Shown here: piece after piece, positions 1-11,478 of the stretch
Position numbering within the stretch: the first letter of the stretch is position 1
Layout: each line of letters starts with the position of its first letter
NCBI GenBank assembly: GCA_963730935.1
Contig: CAVSTP010000004.1
Location: 608,001 to 672,000 of the forward strand
Length of the DNA: 64,000 nt
Source of the DNA: an uncultured Nitrospiraceae bacterium
GTDB taxonomy: Bacteria > Nitrospirota > Nitrospiria > Nitrospirales > Nitrospiraceae
Direction of reading: 5' to 3'
Made by a program: the position numbers and the translations under genes
Notes under the pieces: generated by a model
What the model was told of the DNA's origin: nothing
Databases searched by the model: none
Seen by the model: the letters and a program-made list of their open reading frames with translations, nothing else

Positions 1-1130
<1,130 letters not shown>

Positions 1131-1256
1131 AGGGGATTATCGTGGGGCCGGAGGAGGAAGGCAAGCTGGGCCGGTAGTCGACTCTTGCCGCCCTCTGGAG
1201 TCGTATGGTACCGTTTGACTCAACCCCCTCAGATCCGCAGGGATCGCGGAGACACC

Positions 1257-2135
1257 GTGAAACGCCACTACATGATAGTCGGTCTTGTGCTTCTCCTTCT
1301 CATCATGGCCTGTCCGTCCTTGTCCATGGCCGGCGATGACCTCAATAGCATCGGACAATCATCCGACTATTTCCCGGATACCATCGGCAGCCATTGGGAG
1401 TATCACGGTCAGATCGCGGAAGGGCCGCTGCAAACGATCGACCAAAAATTGTTCACGAACGTCTCGACTGTCGTGGGCACGAGGACCTTACGGGGAATGA
1501 CGGTGACAGTGTTTCACGACACCAATCCAGGGAATCACGGGCCGTCCGACAGTTTTTATCGCCGCGATGTGGTTGGCATCGTATATCACGGATCCGAACC
1601 CGGTACGCCGTTAGAGAAGCAGCTCATTCCATATCAAATCGTCCGGTTTCCAATCAAAATCTCCTCGACGATTCAACAGTTCGACAAGAAGGGCTTGGAC
1701 TTCGGTACGGACATGGACCGTGACGGCGTGAATGAAAAAGTTGATGCGCAGGGCACCTCGACGGTCGCAGGGCTTGAGACCGTCACGGTGCAGGCGGGGA
1801 CGTTCAAGGACGCAGTAAAAGTCGAGGCCTACATGCGGATGCGGATACAACTCTCCGGCACGCGGCGTACCGTCACCGGCACCGATGTTATGACGGCCTG
1901 GTTTGCCAAAGGGGTGGGACTCGTGAAGTACGTGGAGCGGCAGGAGCTTTCGCCACTCGAAGACCGCGGCGTGATCACCGAAATCACAGAGGAACTGGAT
2001 TCCTACGAAATCAAGCCGACCAAAGCGTCACTCGGTCGGAGCGAAACCCCGGCGGAGGGTCTGCTCGCTGACCACTCGGGTGACTACGAACTGCATGAGG
2101 TAGTCTTCGCCTCCCGCCTTCGCACCAACCCCTGA
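1257..2135 (+). CDS. Exported hypothetical protein (beta-rich; possible Ca-binding DxDxDG loop)
   Basis: Signal peptide from GTG at 1257; motifs TVTVQAGTF, WFAKGVGLVK, DMDRDGVNE. Confidence 0.7.
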   Translation: MKRHYMIVGLVLLLLIMACPSLSMAGDDLNSIGQSSDYFPDTIGSHWEYHGQIAEGPLQTIDQKLFTNVSTVVGTRTLRGMTVTVFHDTNPGNHGPSDSFYRRDVVGIVYHGSEPGTPLEKQLIPYQIVRFPIKISSTIQQFDKKGLDFGTDMDRDGVNEKVDAQGTSTVAGLETVTVQAGTFKDAVKVEAYMRMRIQLSGTRRTVTGTDVMTAWFAKGVGLVKYVERQELSPLEDRGVITEITEELDSYEIKPTKASLGRSETPAEGLLADHSGDYELHEVVFASRLRTNP

Positions 2136-4967
2136 AAGCCGGTACCCGCCGAAGGGTTGACGGTTGACGAACGCCCCGGTAATGGGCCGGTTCAAATACA
2201 GATTTCCCACGTCGAACCGTTCTCGCGCCATCTCGAGATTGGCCGGACTACGCGAATAGACGCCACCTGTCAATGCATACTCGGTCGAATTGGCGAGGCG
2301 GAGCGCCTCTTCGAATGAGCCGGCCTTCAGGACGGCTAGGACCGGTCCAAAGATTTCTTCCTGTGCGATCCGAGCTGTGGAAGCGACATCGGCAAAGACC
2401 GTCGGCCCCACATACCAGCCCGGCTGTGTGACACGGCCCTCAACCATCACACGCCCTTCCTGATTTCCAATCTTGATGTAGTCGAGAATGCTCGCCTGAG
2501 CCCGCTCGTCGATCACCGGTCCCACCTGTGTACCGGGATGTTCCGGATTGCCCACCCGCAAACTGGCGACAGCCTCTTGAAGACGCTTGAGAAAGAGGTC
2601 GTACACCGCAGCATGCACGATGGTCCGTGAACAGGCCGAGCATTTCTGGCCGCTGTAACCGGTGCTGGATGCGATCACGCCGGCCACGGCCTCATCAAGA
2701 TCGGCGGTTTCATCGATGATGATCGCGTTCTTACCGCCCATCTCGGCGATGACACGCTTAACCATCCGCTGGCCCGGCACAACCACAGCCGTGTCCTTCA
2801 GCAGGCCCAGCCCTACCTTCTTCGATCCCGTGAAGGCGATCGTCGTGATCGCCGGATGCTGCGCCAAGGCGCGACCGATCTCCGGACCTCCTGGGAGGCA
2901 AAACAGCACGGCCTCGGGAACACCGGCTTCGACCAGCACTTCAACCAGCAACTGGCCCATGATCGGAGAGCGCTCCGATGGTTTGAAAAGGACCGGATTG
3001 CCGGTGACAAGCGCCGCCGACACCATGCCCGTGGGAATGGCGAGAGGGAAATTCCACGGCGCAATGACCGCCGTGATTCCGCGCGGCTCCAGCAGACGAT
3101 GGTTGAGTTCTCCCGGTTCCTGGCCCAGGCGTTTGGGCTCGGAGAGCCGAAGCCATTCGGCTCCGTAGAATTCCAAGAAGTCGATCGCCTCAGCGGCATC
3201 CGCATCGGCCTCTCGCCTAGGCTTTCCGCATTCGAGCACCTCCCAGGCGGCGAGGTTATCACGGCGAGACCGCATGAGGGCTGCCGCCGCCCGTATGATC
3301 CCCACACGCCGCTCAGCAGGCATGGCGCGCCAGGCCGCCCAGGCTTGATCCGCGCGCCGCACGGCGGCTTCGACATCAGCCGCAGCGGCGGTGGGCACAA
3401 TCCCAATGATTTCCTCCGGTCGGCTCGGGTTATACGATGGCATGAGCGGGCCGCTCAGCGTCAGCCCGCCCGCGGCAGCACGCCACGTCTTGCCAAGCTG
3501 TCCTTTGACCTCGTCGATCGCGTTCTGCATCGCGGATCTCGCCTCCGGCACGGAAAAATCCCGCAACGGTTCATTGCGAAACCCTTGTGGAGCAGTAGGC
3601 CGGTCCGCCGGCGCTGGGGCTGGCGGCGCCAGCAGCGTCGACAGCGACTGGGACTCCAGAAATTCCTTCCGCAGGAACGATTCGTTCGAGGTGTTTTCCA
3701 GGAGACGCCGGACGAGATAGGCCATGCCCGGCAGCAACTCTCCGACCGGCGTGTAGAGGCGCAGCCGACGTCCCCGCCGCAGGACGGCTTCCTGAAAGGG
3801 CTCCGCCATGCCGAAGATCATTTGATACTCCCAGGTGTCCGGGGAAAGACGGAGTTGCTCGGCCATCGCCTCGATATAGGCCAGCGTCCGTAGATTGTGG
3901 GTCCCGAACGCCGGCCGGATCACAGCGCTCGCTTCTAAGAGCGTGCGCACGAGCGCTTCATAGTTTGCGTCGGTCTCCGCCTTATACTCGAACAACGGCA
4001 CAGGCCATCCCCGTTGCCGGTAGCGGATCGTATCTGAATCCCAGTAGGCGCCCTTCACCAGCCTCAACGTCACTGGTGTTCCGCGTTGTCGGGCCCATGC
4101 CAAAATGGCCTCGACGTCCTGCCTCGTCGCTCGATGGTAGGCTTGAACCGCCAATCCCGCGTGTGGAAAGGTTCGATACGCCGGCTCCATGAACAACCGG
4201 GTGAAGATCATGATCAGAAGGTCTTTCGTCTCGGCTTGTTCCATATCGAAAATCAGCGAGGCCGGCTCCCGCATCGCCGCATCGACGATCGGACGGAGAC
4301 GCCGCGCCACGGATTCGAAACTGCCCTCCGGATCGACCGGATCCAAATGAGGAGAAAGGGCGGAGATCTTCAGGGAGAGTTGCACACGCGGCACGGGTCC
4401 CAAGGGATCCTGCTCGAGCAGGGGAGTGCGCTCCCACGATCGGGCAACCTGCGCCAACGTTTCGAGAGCTTCTAGACAGCGATCACGATAGCGGTCGGCT
4501 TCCTGGTCGCTGATCGTCGCTTCGCCCAGCAGATCGACCGACCAGGCCTTGCCCTCGGTCCACAAGTGCGTCAAGGCCGGTGTCGCGCCGATGACCGACG
4601 AACCGGCAATGAACGTCCGCGCCATCTGTTCAACTTGGGCGCGAATCGCATGCCCGCTCAGCTTGGCGCCGACCCCGGTGGCCGCAAGGGCTTTCAACCC
4701 CCAGCCGAGGCCGAACGCCTGATCGGCCAATGCCCCGAAATACTCCTGTGCCAGCGTCACGACCCGCTGATCGTCGGTGACCGAAGGTAGTACATCGATG
4801 AAGCGGAATAACTGGGTCTTGAAGTCAAGGTTGTGCATGGCGAGGTTGATGGCCGCTTGGGACCACCAACGTCGCTCGAACAGGGTAGGCGACTCGCCCC
4901 CTGAGAGACGGGCCAGTTCTTCGCCGATCTGACGAACAGAGGACTCCAGGTCGTTGGTCACAGCCAC
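2028..4967 (-). CDS. putA: Bifunctional proline dehydrogenase / P5C dehydrogenase
   Basis: PRODH motifs RLVKGAYWD and YLVRRLLENTSN; ALDH motifs IAPWNFP, EMGGKNA, GQKCSA, EEIFGPV. Start revised to GTG near 4967 with AAGG upstream. Confidence 0.95.
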   Translation of the reverse strand: MAVTNDLESSVRQIGEELARLSGGESPTLFERRWWSQAAINLAMHNLDFKTQLFRFIDVLPSVTDDQRVVTLAQEYFGALADQAFGLGWGLKALAATGVGAKLSGHAIRAQVEQMARTFIAGSSVIGATPALTHLWTEGKAWSVDLLGEATISDQEADRYRDRCLEALETLAQVARSWERTPLLEQDPLGPVPRVQLSLKISALSPHLDPVDPEGSFESVARRLRPIVDAAMREPASLIFDMEQAETKDLLIMIFTRLFMEPAYRTFPHAGLAVQAYHRATRQDVEAILAWARQRGTPVTLRLVKGAYWDSDTIRYRQRGWPVPLFEYKAETDANYEALVRTLLEASAVIRPAFGTHNLRTLAYIEAMAEQLRLSPDTWEYQMIFGMAEPFQEAVLRRGRRLRLYTPVGELLPGMAYLVRRLLENTSNESFLRKEFLESQSLSTLLAPPAPAPADRPTAPQGFRNEPLRDFSVPEARSAMQNAIDEVKGQLGKTWRAAAGGLTLSGPLMPSYNPSRPEEIIGIVPTAAAADVEAAVRRADQAWAAWRAMPAERRVGIIRAAAALMRSRRDNLAAWEVLECGKPRREADADAAEAIDFLEFYGAEWLRLSEPKRLGQEPGELNHRLLEPRGITAVIAPWNFPLAIPTGMVSAALVTGNPVLFKPSERSPIMGQLLVEVLVEAGVPEAVLFCLPGGPEIGRALAQHPAITTIAFTGSKKVGLGLLKDTAVVVPGQRMVKRVIAEMGGKNAIIIDETADLDEAVAGVIASSTGYSGQKCSACSRTIVHAAVYDLFLKRLQEAVASLRVGNPEHPGTQVGPVIDERAQASILDYIKIGNQEGRVMVEGRVTQPGWYVGPTVFADVASTARIAQEEIFGPVLAVLKAGSFEEALRLANSTEYALTGGVYSRSPANLEMARERFDVGNLYLNRPITGAFVNRQPFGGYRLSGVGAKAGGEDYLMQFVVTRVVSEQTLRRGFAPTE

Positions 4968-5057
4968 GGGACACCTTCGTGAGCCGGCTAGGGAGCGCCT
5001 GTTTCTTTCAGTATACACCTGCGCCTGCCCTGTCATTTCGTTTGAGGAAAGAATTTC

Positions 5058-5086
5058 TTGATTAAAGTCCGCTACTTCGGTACTCT
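5058..5086 (+). promoter_or_regulatory. Putative sigma70 promoter of the desaturase gene
   Basis: TTGATT-17 nt-TACTCT. Confidence 0.5.
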
Positions 5087-5259
5087 TACGGTACAGGACT
5101 TCTCGGTCCCGGCCAGAGTAGGACAAGTGCACTTCCCCACACACCGGATAGTGACTCTTTGTCGGAGGAGACGGGCGAGAGATCTGCGTACGACGCGCGT
5201 TGCCAGGTGACGCGGTGACGCTCACAAACCTCATGTTCCTAAGAAACAGGGAGTAACGG

Positions 5260-6111
5260 ATGCCGGACACTGTTGGAAAGACGCCATTTGCCTATAAGAC
5301 CTTCATCCTGTTTTGCCTTGTTGCCGTCACCACGCTGATCGGCACGCCGCTTTTCGGTTATCTCTACGGCTATACACTCTTCGATTGGGTGCTCTTTGCC
5401 ATCCTCTATGTGGCAACGGGATTGGGGATCACCGTCGGGTATCATCGATTGATTTCTCACCGGAGTTTCGAATGCCATCCCTGGGTCAAAGCCCTGTTGC
5501 TGATCGCCGGCGGGTGGGCGCTCCAGAACTCGGCGCTCCGATGGAGCGCGGATCATCTTCGGCATCATGCGCGGACAGATCAGGAAGAAGATCCGTACAA
5601 TGCCCTGAAAGGCTTCTGGCATAGCCACTGCGTGTGGCTCTTCATCAATACACCCCATCGGACGGAAAATTACGAGCGGCAGTTGCGGAAAGATCCGATG
5701 ATCATGTGGCAACACCGGCACTATTGGGCAATCGTCATCTCGGGGCTCGCGTTTCCCCTCGTCCTGGGGTATTTCAACGGTGGCGTGATCGGCGCCATCG
5801 GGTGTTTTATGCTCGCAGGGATGTTCCGGATGTTTATGGTGCTGAACTCCACATTCGCGATCAATTCTCTCTGTCACATGTTCGGCACGCAGCCGCATGG
5901 CCAGCGCGACAGCAGCCGCGACAGCTGGCTCATCTCCTGCTTCACGTTTGGCGAGGGCTACCACAACTATCACCATACCTACGCCCGGGATTACCGCAAC
6001 GGCCCGCGCTGGTACAATGTTGATCCTTCCAAGTGGACAATCTACACGCTGTCCGTGCTGGGACTGGCCACCAACCTACGCCGGCTGGATTCTACCGTCC
6101 TGTCTGAGTAG
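5260..6111 (+). CDS. Delta-9-type membrane fatty acid desaturase
   Basis: Three His boxes HRLISH, HLRHH, HNYHH plus transmembrane segments. Confidence 0.93.
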   Translation: MPDTVGKTPFAYKTFILFCLVAVTTLIGTPLFGYLYGYTLFDWVLFAILYVATGLGITVGYHRLISHRSFECHPWVKALLLIAGGWALQNSALRWSADHLRHHARTDQEEDPYNALKGFWHSHCVWLFINTPHRTENYERQLRKDPMIMWQHRHYWAIVISGLAFPLVLGYFNGGVIGAIGCFMLAGMFRMFMVLNSTFAINSLCHMFGTQPHGQRDSSRDSWLISCFTFGEGYHNYHHTYARDYRNGPRWYNVDPSKWTIYTLSVLGLATNLRRLDSTVLSE

Positions 6112-6209
6112 ACGGTCCGGCCGAGCGATTCTGCCAGGGGCCAACCGACCCATTTTCTTTCCCCTCGTCCATCGCTTATGATGCAGAGAGTAGCGGAAGG
6201 AGCACAGCC

Positions 6210-7082
6210 ATGGCTGACGAACATTCCTCTGCCCAGCAACCTCAGGGCAAAGACACCCTGATCCCCGGAGTCAAACACGTCATCGCCATCAGCAGCGGGA
6301 AGGGCGGGGTCGGTAAATCGACCGTGGCCGCGAACCTCGCCTGCGCGCTGGCCTTGACCGGCGCCAAGGTCGGCCTCATGGACGCGGATGTGTACGGGCC
6401 GAACATTCCGATGATGATGGGCAGTACGACCGGCCCCGAACAACGGGACGGGAAGATCGTGCCGGTGGAGAATTATGGGGTGAAGCTCATTTCGATGGCC
6501 TTCCTGGTTCCGGAGGAGGCGCCGATCGTGTGGCGTGGCCCCATGGTGCATCAATACCTGCAAGCCTTTTTCCGCGACGTGTTGTGGGGAGAACTGGATT
6601 ATCTGTTGATCGACCTGCCTCCGGGAACCGGCGATGTGCAACTCTCGTTGTCCCAGATGGTGCCGCTGGCCGGCGCCGTGACCGTGACGACGCCGCAGGA
6701 AGTCGCCCTCTACGACGTGCGCAAAGGGATGGCGATGTTTCAAAAGGTCAATGTGCCGCTGCTCGGCATTATCGAGAACATGAGCTCGTTCGTGTGCGGT
6801 CATTGCGGCGAGCGCACCGACATTTTTTCCCACGGGGGAGGGGAGCGGGCCGCGTCCAAACTCGGCGTGCCATTCCTCGGCAGTATTCCCATCGATCCCG
6901 CCATCCGCGAAGGAGGCGACAGCGGACATCCCATCGTGGTGGCGAATCCTTCATCTCCTCACGCGGCCGCCTTCAAGGACATCGCCAAGAAACTCGTGGA
7001 GCGGTTGGGTGGAGCGGCCATGGGAGGTGCCTCAATCGAAAGCCTCCTCAAGAAAATTAAGCAGCCGTTTACCAATCAATAG
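6210..7082 (+). CDS. apbC: Mrp/ApbC/NBP35 Fe-S cluster carrier ATPase
   Basis: SGKGGVGKST, DADVYGP, WRGPM, DLPPGTGD, ENMSxFxCxHC. Confidence 0.93.
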   Translation: MADEHSSAQQPQGKDTLIPGVKHVIAISSGKGGVGKSTVAANLACALALTGAKVGLMDADVYGPNIPMMMGSTTGPEQRDGKIVPVENYGVKLISMAFLVPEEAPIVWRGPMVHQYLQAFFRDVLWGELDYLLIDLPPGTGDVQLSLSQMVPLAGAVTVTTPQEVALYDVRKGMAMFQKVNVPLLGIIENMSSFVCGHCGERTDIFSHGGGERAASKLGVPFLGSIPIDPAIREGGDSGHPIVVANPSSPHAAAFKDIAKKLVERLGGAAMGGASIESLLKKIKQPFTNQ

Positions 7083-7110
7083 GCAGCGTCGGGAGAGGAG
7101 GCAGAAGCGT

Positions 7111-7416
7111 ATGGGAGAGTTCATACGGGTCGCGGGCACCGACGATGTGAAGCCTGGCCATGGCCTGGTCGCCGAAGTCAACGGCAAGGCCTTGGCTGTC
7201 TTCAACATTGACGGGCAATTCCATGTCATCGACAACACCTGCCTGCACCGGGGTGGGCCGCTCGGGGAAGGGGAGCTGGAAGCGAGCGTCGTGACCTGCC
7301 CATGGCACGGCTGGCAGTTCAATGTCACGACCGGTGTCTGCGTCAACAATCCTTCCGCGAAAATCGAGACCTATCAAGTCAAAGTGGAAGGCACTGACGT
7401 CAAAGCGCTGTTATAG
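7111..7416 (+). CDS. Rieske-type [2Fe-2S] ferredoxin
   Basis: CLH...CPWHGWQF motif; ATG at 7111 after GAGGAG. Confidence 0.92.
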   Translation: MGEFIRVAGTDDVKPGHGLVAEVNGKALAVFNIDGQFHVIDNTCLHRGGPLGEGELEASVVTCPWHGWQFNVTTGVCVNNPSAKIETYQVKVEGTDVKALL

Positions 7417-7443
7417 CACTTCATCCGATCAGAAAGGACGGCC

Positions 7444-7809
7444 ATGGCAGCCTCCGCCAGCGCACAGCTCGAAATCGCCGCAGCACTCGTTCGCCTCTAT
7501 GTGTTCCTGAGCCAATATCTGGATCGCTGTCTGGATGACGGAGTCCGGCGCAGTACTCCGGACGGCGATCTTCAAACCCACCTCGCCCAAACACGCCTCG
7601 GGTTGATGGAAATTCTGTCCGTCAATCCGGTGGTGAAACGCAAGCTAACCGACGAATGCGACAGGATTTTGAACCTCGGCGCGTCCTGCCTGACTTCAAG
7701 TCCCATCACGACGAAGAACCGCGAGCTCATCCAAGCCGAGCGCGAGGTGCTCAAGCAGAAAACCAGCGCGTTGAGCGATCTGGTCGCCGTCTACCGCGCA
7801 TTGGACTGA
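7444..7809 (+). CDS. Hypothetical helical protein
   Basis: ORF with AAGGA upstream, in operon-like spacing. Confidence 0.7.
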   Translation: MAASASAQLEIAAALVRLYVFLSQYLDRCLDDGVRRSTPDGDLQTHLAQTRLGLMEILSVNPVVKRKLTDECDRILNLGASCLTSSPITTKNRELIQAEREVLKQKTSALSDLVAVYRALD

Positions 7810-7811
7810 CC

Positions 7812-8177
7812 GTGGGAACGACAGCTCAGGACACCTACCAGCTTGCCGGCCTCGATTCCCGCGAACGCGGCTTCAGCCGGCCGGTCGAAGTGCGACAAGA
7901 AGATCAGCGGTACCGCGCTTCGATGCGGTATGAAGCCACGCATGTCGTGACAGAGCCGGCGGACACTCAGGAGGCCGCACTCCAACTCCTCATCGCGACG
8001 CTGCATGGGCATGGGTATCGTCAGCTCAAGACACAAATCAGTTTCCGTTGCGGGACCTATTTGGGCTCCCGGGAGTCCTGGGTGGAATACCCTGATCCGC
8101 CGCTTGCAGTAAGGCGGGGAGCCGGTCTTGTCGCCGCCATTCGAAATTGGTTTCACTGGGACACCCTGTCGGCATGA
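7812..8177 (+). CDS. Hypothetical protein
   Basis: GTG just after previous stop; ATGA overlap with lipA. Confidence 0.65.
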   Translation: MGTTAQDTYQLAGLDSRERGFSRPVEVRQEDQRYRASMRYEATHVVTEPADTQEAALQLLIATLHGHGYRQLKTQISFRCGTYLGSRESWVEYPDPPLAVRRGAGLVAAIRNWFHWDTLSA

Positions 8178-9061
8178 CGCTGATTCCACTCACGCAGCTC
8201 CGCTCGGGCGGGGCCTCGACGGAACGCCTTCCAGCCTGGTTCAAAGTTGAGGCCAAAACCGGCCCGGATTACCTCGACCTCAAGCAAACGATCGACCGTT
8301 TAAAACTCCACACGATCTGTGAAGAGGCCCGTTGTCCCAACCGCTGGGAATGCTGGAATGCCCGTACCGCGACATTTCTGATTCTCGGCGATATCTGCAC
8401 GAGACGGTGCCACTACTGTTCGGTGGAGACGGGCCGCCCGCAGGCGGTGGATCCGGAGGAGCCCAGGCGTGTCGCCGAGGCGGTACAGGCGTTGGGACTC
8501 CGCCATGCCGTTATCACGTCGGTCAACCGGGATGAATTGACTGACGGCGGTGCCGCCGTGTTTGCCGACACCATTCGCCTCACCCGGGAACGCAATCCCG
8601 GCTGTACGATTGAGGTGCTGATCCCTGATTTCGAAGGCAACGCCGCCGCCCTGGAGGCGGTCTGCCTGGAACGGCCGGACATTCTCAATCACAATATTGA
8701 GACCGTCCCGCGGCTCTTTCCCGCCCTACGCCCGCAAGGGAAATATCAGCGATCGCTTGAACTCTTGGCTCGGGCTCATGCACAGGGGCTCCGGACAAAG
8801 TCAGGATTGATCGTTGGGATGGGGGAGAGGCCGGACGAAATCTGCACAGTCCTACAGGATTTACGGGCGGCCGGATGTGACGTCGTCACGATCGGTCAAT
8901 ACCTGCAGCCGACGAAAGAGCATGTGCCGGTCGTTCGCTATTATGAGCCGGCCGAGTTTGCTCGCCTCAAAGCCGAGGCCTTGGCCATGGGGTTTGCCCA
9001 TGTCGAATCCAGCCCATTAACCCGCAGTTCCTACCATGCCGCGCAGCATGCTCAGGTGTAG
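8174..9061 (+). CDS. lipA: Lipoyl synthase
   Basis: CEEARCPNRWEC, CTRRCHYC, NHNIETV, TIGQYLQP, RSSY. Confidence 0.96.
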   Translation: MTLIPLTQLRSGGASTERLPAWFKVEAKTGPDYLDLKQTIDRLKLHTICEEARCPNRWECWNARTATFLILGDICTRRCHYCSVETGRPQAVDPEEPRRVAEAVQALGLRHAVITSVNRDELTDGGAAVFADTIRLTRERNPGCTIEVLIPDFEGNAAALEAVCLERPDILNHNIETVPRLFPALRPQGKYQRSLELLARAHAQGLRTKSGLIVGMGERPDEICTVLQDLRAAGCDVVTIGQYLQPTKEHVPVVRYYEPAEFARLKAEALAMGFAHVESSPLTRSSYHAAQHAQV

Positions 9062-9212
9062 TTCATTCACCTGATTCCCGGTCACCAGATCGTCTCTCGG
9101 CTTCTCCGCCGGCGTTAAACAGATCCACGCTCGCTCCTTGTGGCTTTACATCCCGTATCCGAGTGCTACGCTTAAGTAGTCATGCCGAGGTTGCTGGAAG
9201 GAGTATTTCCAG

Positions 9213-9611
9213 ATGACAGGCGTCGAGATCTTTGCGTGGCTGGTCTTGGCATTCGCCGATGGACCCGATTGTCTACTTCAAGCTTCGGTCCATTGGCTTC
9301 CCGAGGGGCCGGCGTGGGTGCGAGAGGATGGGTGCGCCGTCCATTCACACCAAGAAGGGAGCCACATTGTGTTTTGGTCCGACGCTCGATGGGTCGCGAT
9401 CAAAATTCCCACCGGCGCACGGTCGCTGTCCTACCGGTGGGGGCGCACAGCGGCGTTTGTGAACGGGAAGAGCGTGACAGTCCACTTTGGGAACACGGGT
9501 GCCAGACAGACACGGCCTTCGCTGAGTCAGGACCGAGTGGACCTGCTCGATAAATGGAGAGTCAGCACTCCTCCGATTCTTCGACGATTGCATCGCCATA
9601 GCACGGTCTAA
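9213..9611 (+). CDS. Hypothetical protein, possibly exported
   Basis: AAGGAG RBS, hydrophobic N-terminus, TTTACA/TGcTACGCT-like promoter upstream. Confidence 0.5.
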   Translation: MTGVEIFAWLVLAFADGPDCLLQASVHWLPEGPAWVREDGCAVHSHQEGSHIVFWSDARWVAIKIPTGARSLSYRWGRTAAFVNGKSVTVHFGNTGARQTRPSLSQDRVDLLDKWRVSTPPILRRLHRHSTV

Positions 9612-9652
9612 CGGTCGATGGCTGCTCTCGTTTCTGCGGAGATATCTTCATC

Positions 9653-11302
9653 TTATTCCACTGCTGAGAGCACCTGAGTAATAAGGCTTTGCGCTTCCCG
9701 TTGTATCTGCGCCAGATGCTCCTGCCCCTTGAAGCTTTCGGCATAGAGCTTGTACACATCTTCGGTCCCTGAGGGACGGGCGGCGAACCAGCCCTGTCCT
9801 GTGACGACCTTGAGTCCGCCGATGGGAGCGCCATTGCCGGGGGCCTGAGTGAGCCGCGAGACAATGGGATCGCCCGCGAGCGTCGTCGCGCGCACTTGCT
9901 CCGCCGAGAGCTTCGAGAGCCTGTGCTTCTGGTCTGGCGTCGCGGGCGCATCGATGCGCGCGTACCGCGGTTCGCCCAATTCCCGTGTGAGCTCCCGGTA
10001 GAGTTCGGAAGGATCACGCCCGGTGCGCGCCATCATCTCGGCGGCCAGCAGGTCCATGATGATGCCGTCCTTATCCGTGGACCACACTGTGCCATCGTGC
10101 CGCAGAAACGAGGCGCCCGCGCTCTCTTCGCCGCCGAACCCCAGCGACCCGTCCAGCAATCCGTCGACAAACCACTTGAAGCCGACCGGCACTTCGACGA
10201 GCCGCCGCTTAAGTTTCGAGGCAACGCGATCAATGACGCTGCTGCTCACCAACGTTTTGCCGATGCCGGCGCCAGCCGGCCAACCTGGACGATGGGAGAA
10301 GAGATAGCCAATGGCCGCGGCGAGGTAGTGGTTGGGGTTCATGAGGCCGGCCGAGCGGGTCACGATCCCATGCCGGTCGTTGTCCGCGTCATTGCCGAAG
10401 GCGACGTCAAAGCGGTCCTTGAGCGCGATGAGATTCGCCATTGCGTAGGCGGACGAACAATCCATTCGGATTTTTCCGTCCCAATCAAGCGGCATGAACC
10501 GAAAGGTCCCATCCACGGCAGGATTCACGATGTCGAGATTGAGCCCGTAACGCTCGACAATGGGCGTCCAATAGGCGACGCCCGAGCCGCCGAGCGGATC
10601 GATGCCAAGCTTCAGGTTGGCGCCTCGGATCGGAGCAAAATCGACGACGTGCTCCAGGTCCTTTACATAGGCCCCCCGATAGTCATGCCGGTGCACGGAA
10701 GCCCCCCGTAGGGCCTGAGCCGCAGAAACCCGTTTGACGCCTTCAAGACCTTCCGACAAGAGGGCGTTCGCCCGCTCTTCGATCCACTTGGTGACCTGCG
10801 TGTCAGCCGGTCCGCCCTGCGGCGGGTTGTATTTGATCCCGCCGTCCTCGGGAGGATTGTGCGAGGGCGTAATCACGATGCCGTCGCTGTGTCCGGATGT
10901 TCGGCCGCGATTGTAGGTGAGGATCGCATGTGAAATGACGGGCGTCGGCGTATAGCCGTCGTCCTGATCAATCATGACCTCCACACCATTGGCGGCCAAG
11001 ACTTCAAGGGCTGTGTCGAAGGCGGGCCGCGACAGGGCGTGGGTATCTATGCCAAGGAACAGCGGGCCGGTGGTCCCTTGGCATTTCCGGTACTCACAGA
11101 TTGCTTGAACGATCGCGACAATATGATGACTGTTAAAGGATCGCTTGAAGGATGAGCCGCGATGTCCAGAAGTCCCGAATGCCACACGCTGAGCCGGCAC
11201 GGCAGGATCTGGAACGTCCCGGTGGTAGGCCTCGAGTAATTTGTCGAGATTAACCAACATCGAGAGAGGCGCCGGTTTCCCGGCCAAAGGATGAACGGTC
11301 AT
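9653..11302 (-). CDS. pgm: Phosphoglucomutase
   Basis: [32 protein letters not shown]. Confidence 0.96.
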   Translation of the reverse strand: MTVHPLAGKPAPLSMLVNLDKLLEAYHRDVPDPAVPAQRVAFGTSGHRGSSFKRSFNSHHIVAIVQAICEYRKCQGTTGPLFLGIDTHALSRPAFDTALEVLAANGVEVMIDQDDGYTPTPVISHAILTYNRGRTSGHSDGIVITPSHNPPEDGGIKYNPPQGGPADTQVTKWIEERANALLSEGLEGVKRVSAAQALRGASVHRHDYRGAYVKDLEHVVDFAPIRGANLKLGIDPLGGSGVAYWTPIVERYGLNLDIVNPAVDGTFRFMPLDWDGKIRMDCSSAYAMANLIALKDRFDVAFGNDADNDRHGIVTRSAGLMNPNHYLAAAIGYLFSHRPGWPAGAGIGKTLVSSSVIDRVASKLKRRLVEVPVGFKWFVDGLLDGSLGFGGEESAGASFLRHDGTVWSTDKDGIIMDLLAAEMMARTGRDPSELYRELTRELGEPRYARIDAPATPDQKHRLSKLSAEQVRATTLAGDPIVSRLTQAPGNGAPIGGLKVVTGQGWFAARPSGTEDVYKLYAESFKGQEHLAQIQREAQSLITQVLSAVE

Positions 11303-11478
11303 GGCTTCTGTGTAGCCCGCCCAAGAGGCTGTGTCAACACGGAGTCGTCAGAGGGCAACCGCGGGGATTGGTTGACCCAGTAAGGCGAACGGAGTAAGAC
11401 AGCGGCGCGCAGATGCGACGATCGAGAGAAGCACGTAAGTTGACATAATATCCCTTATCGGACATTGATTATCGCGCC

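Noticed and set aside
4968..5270. N-terminal 100-aa extension of PutA in the ORF track
   Set aside because: It overlaps the divergent desaturase start and promoter and has no PutA-like character. A GTG start near 4967 is more plausible.
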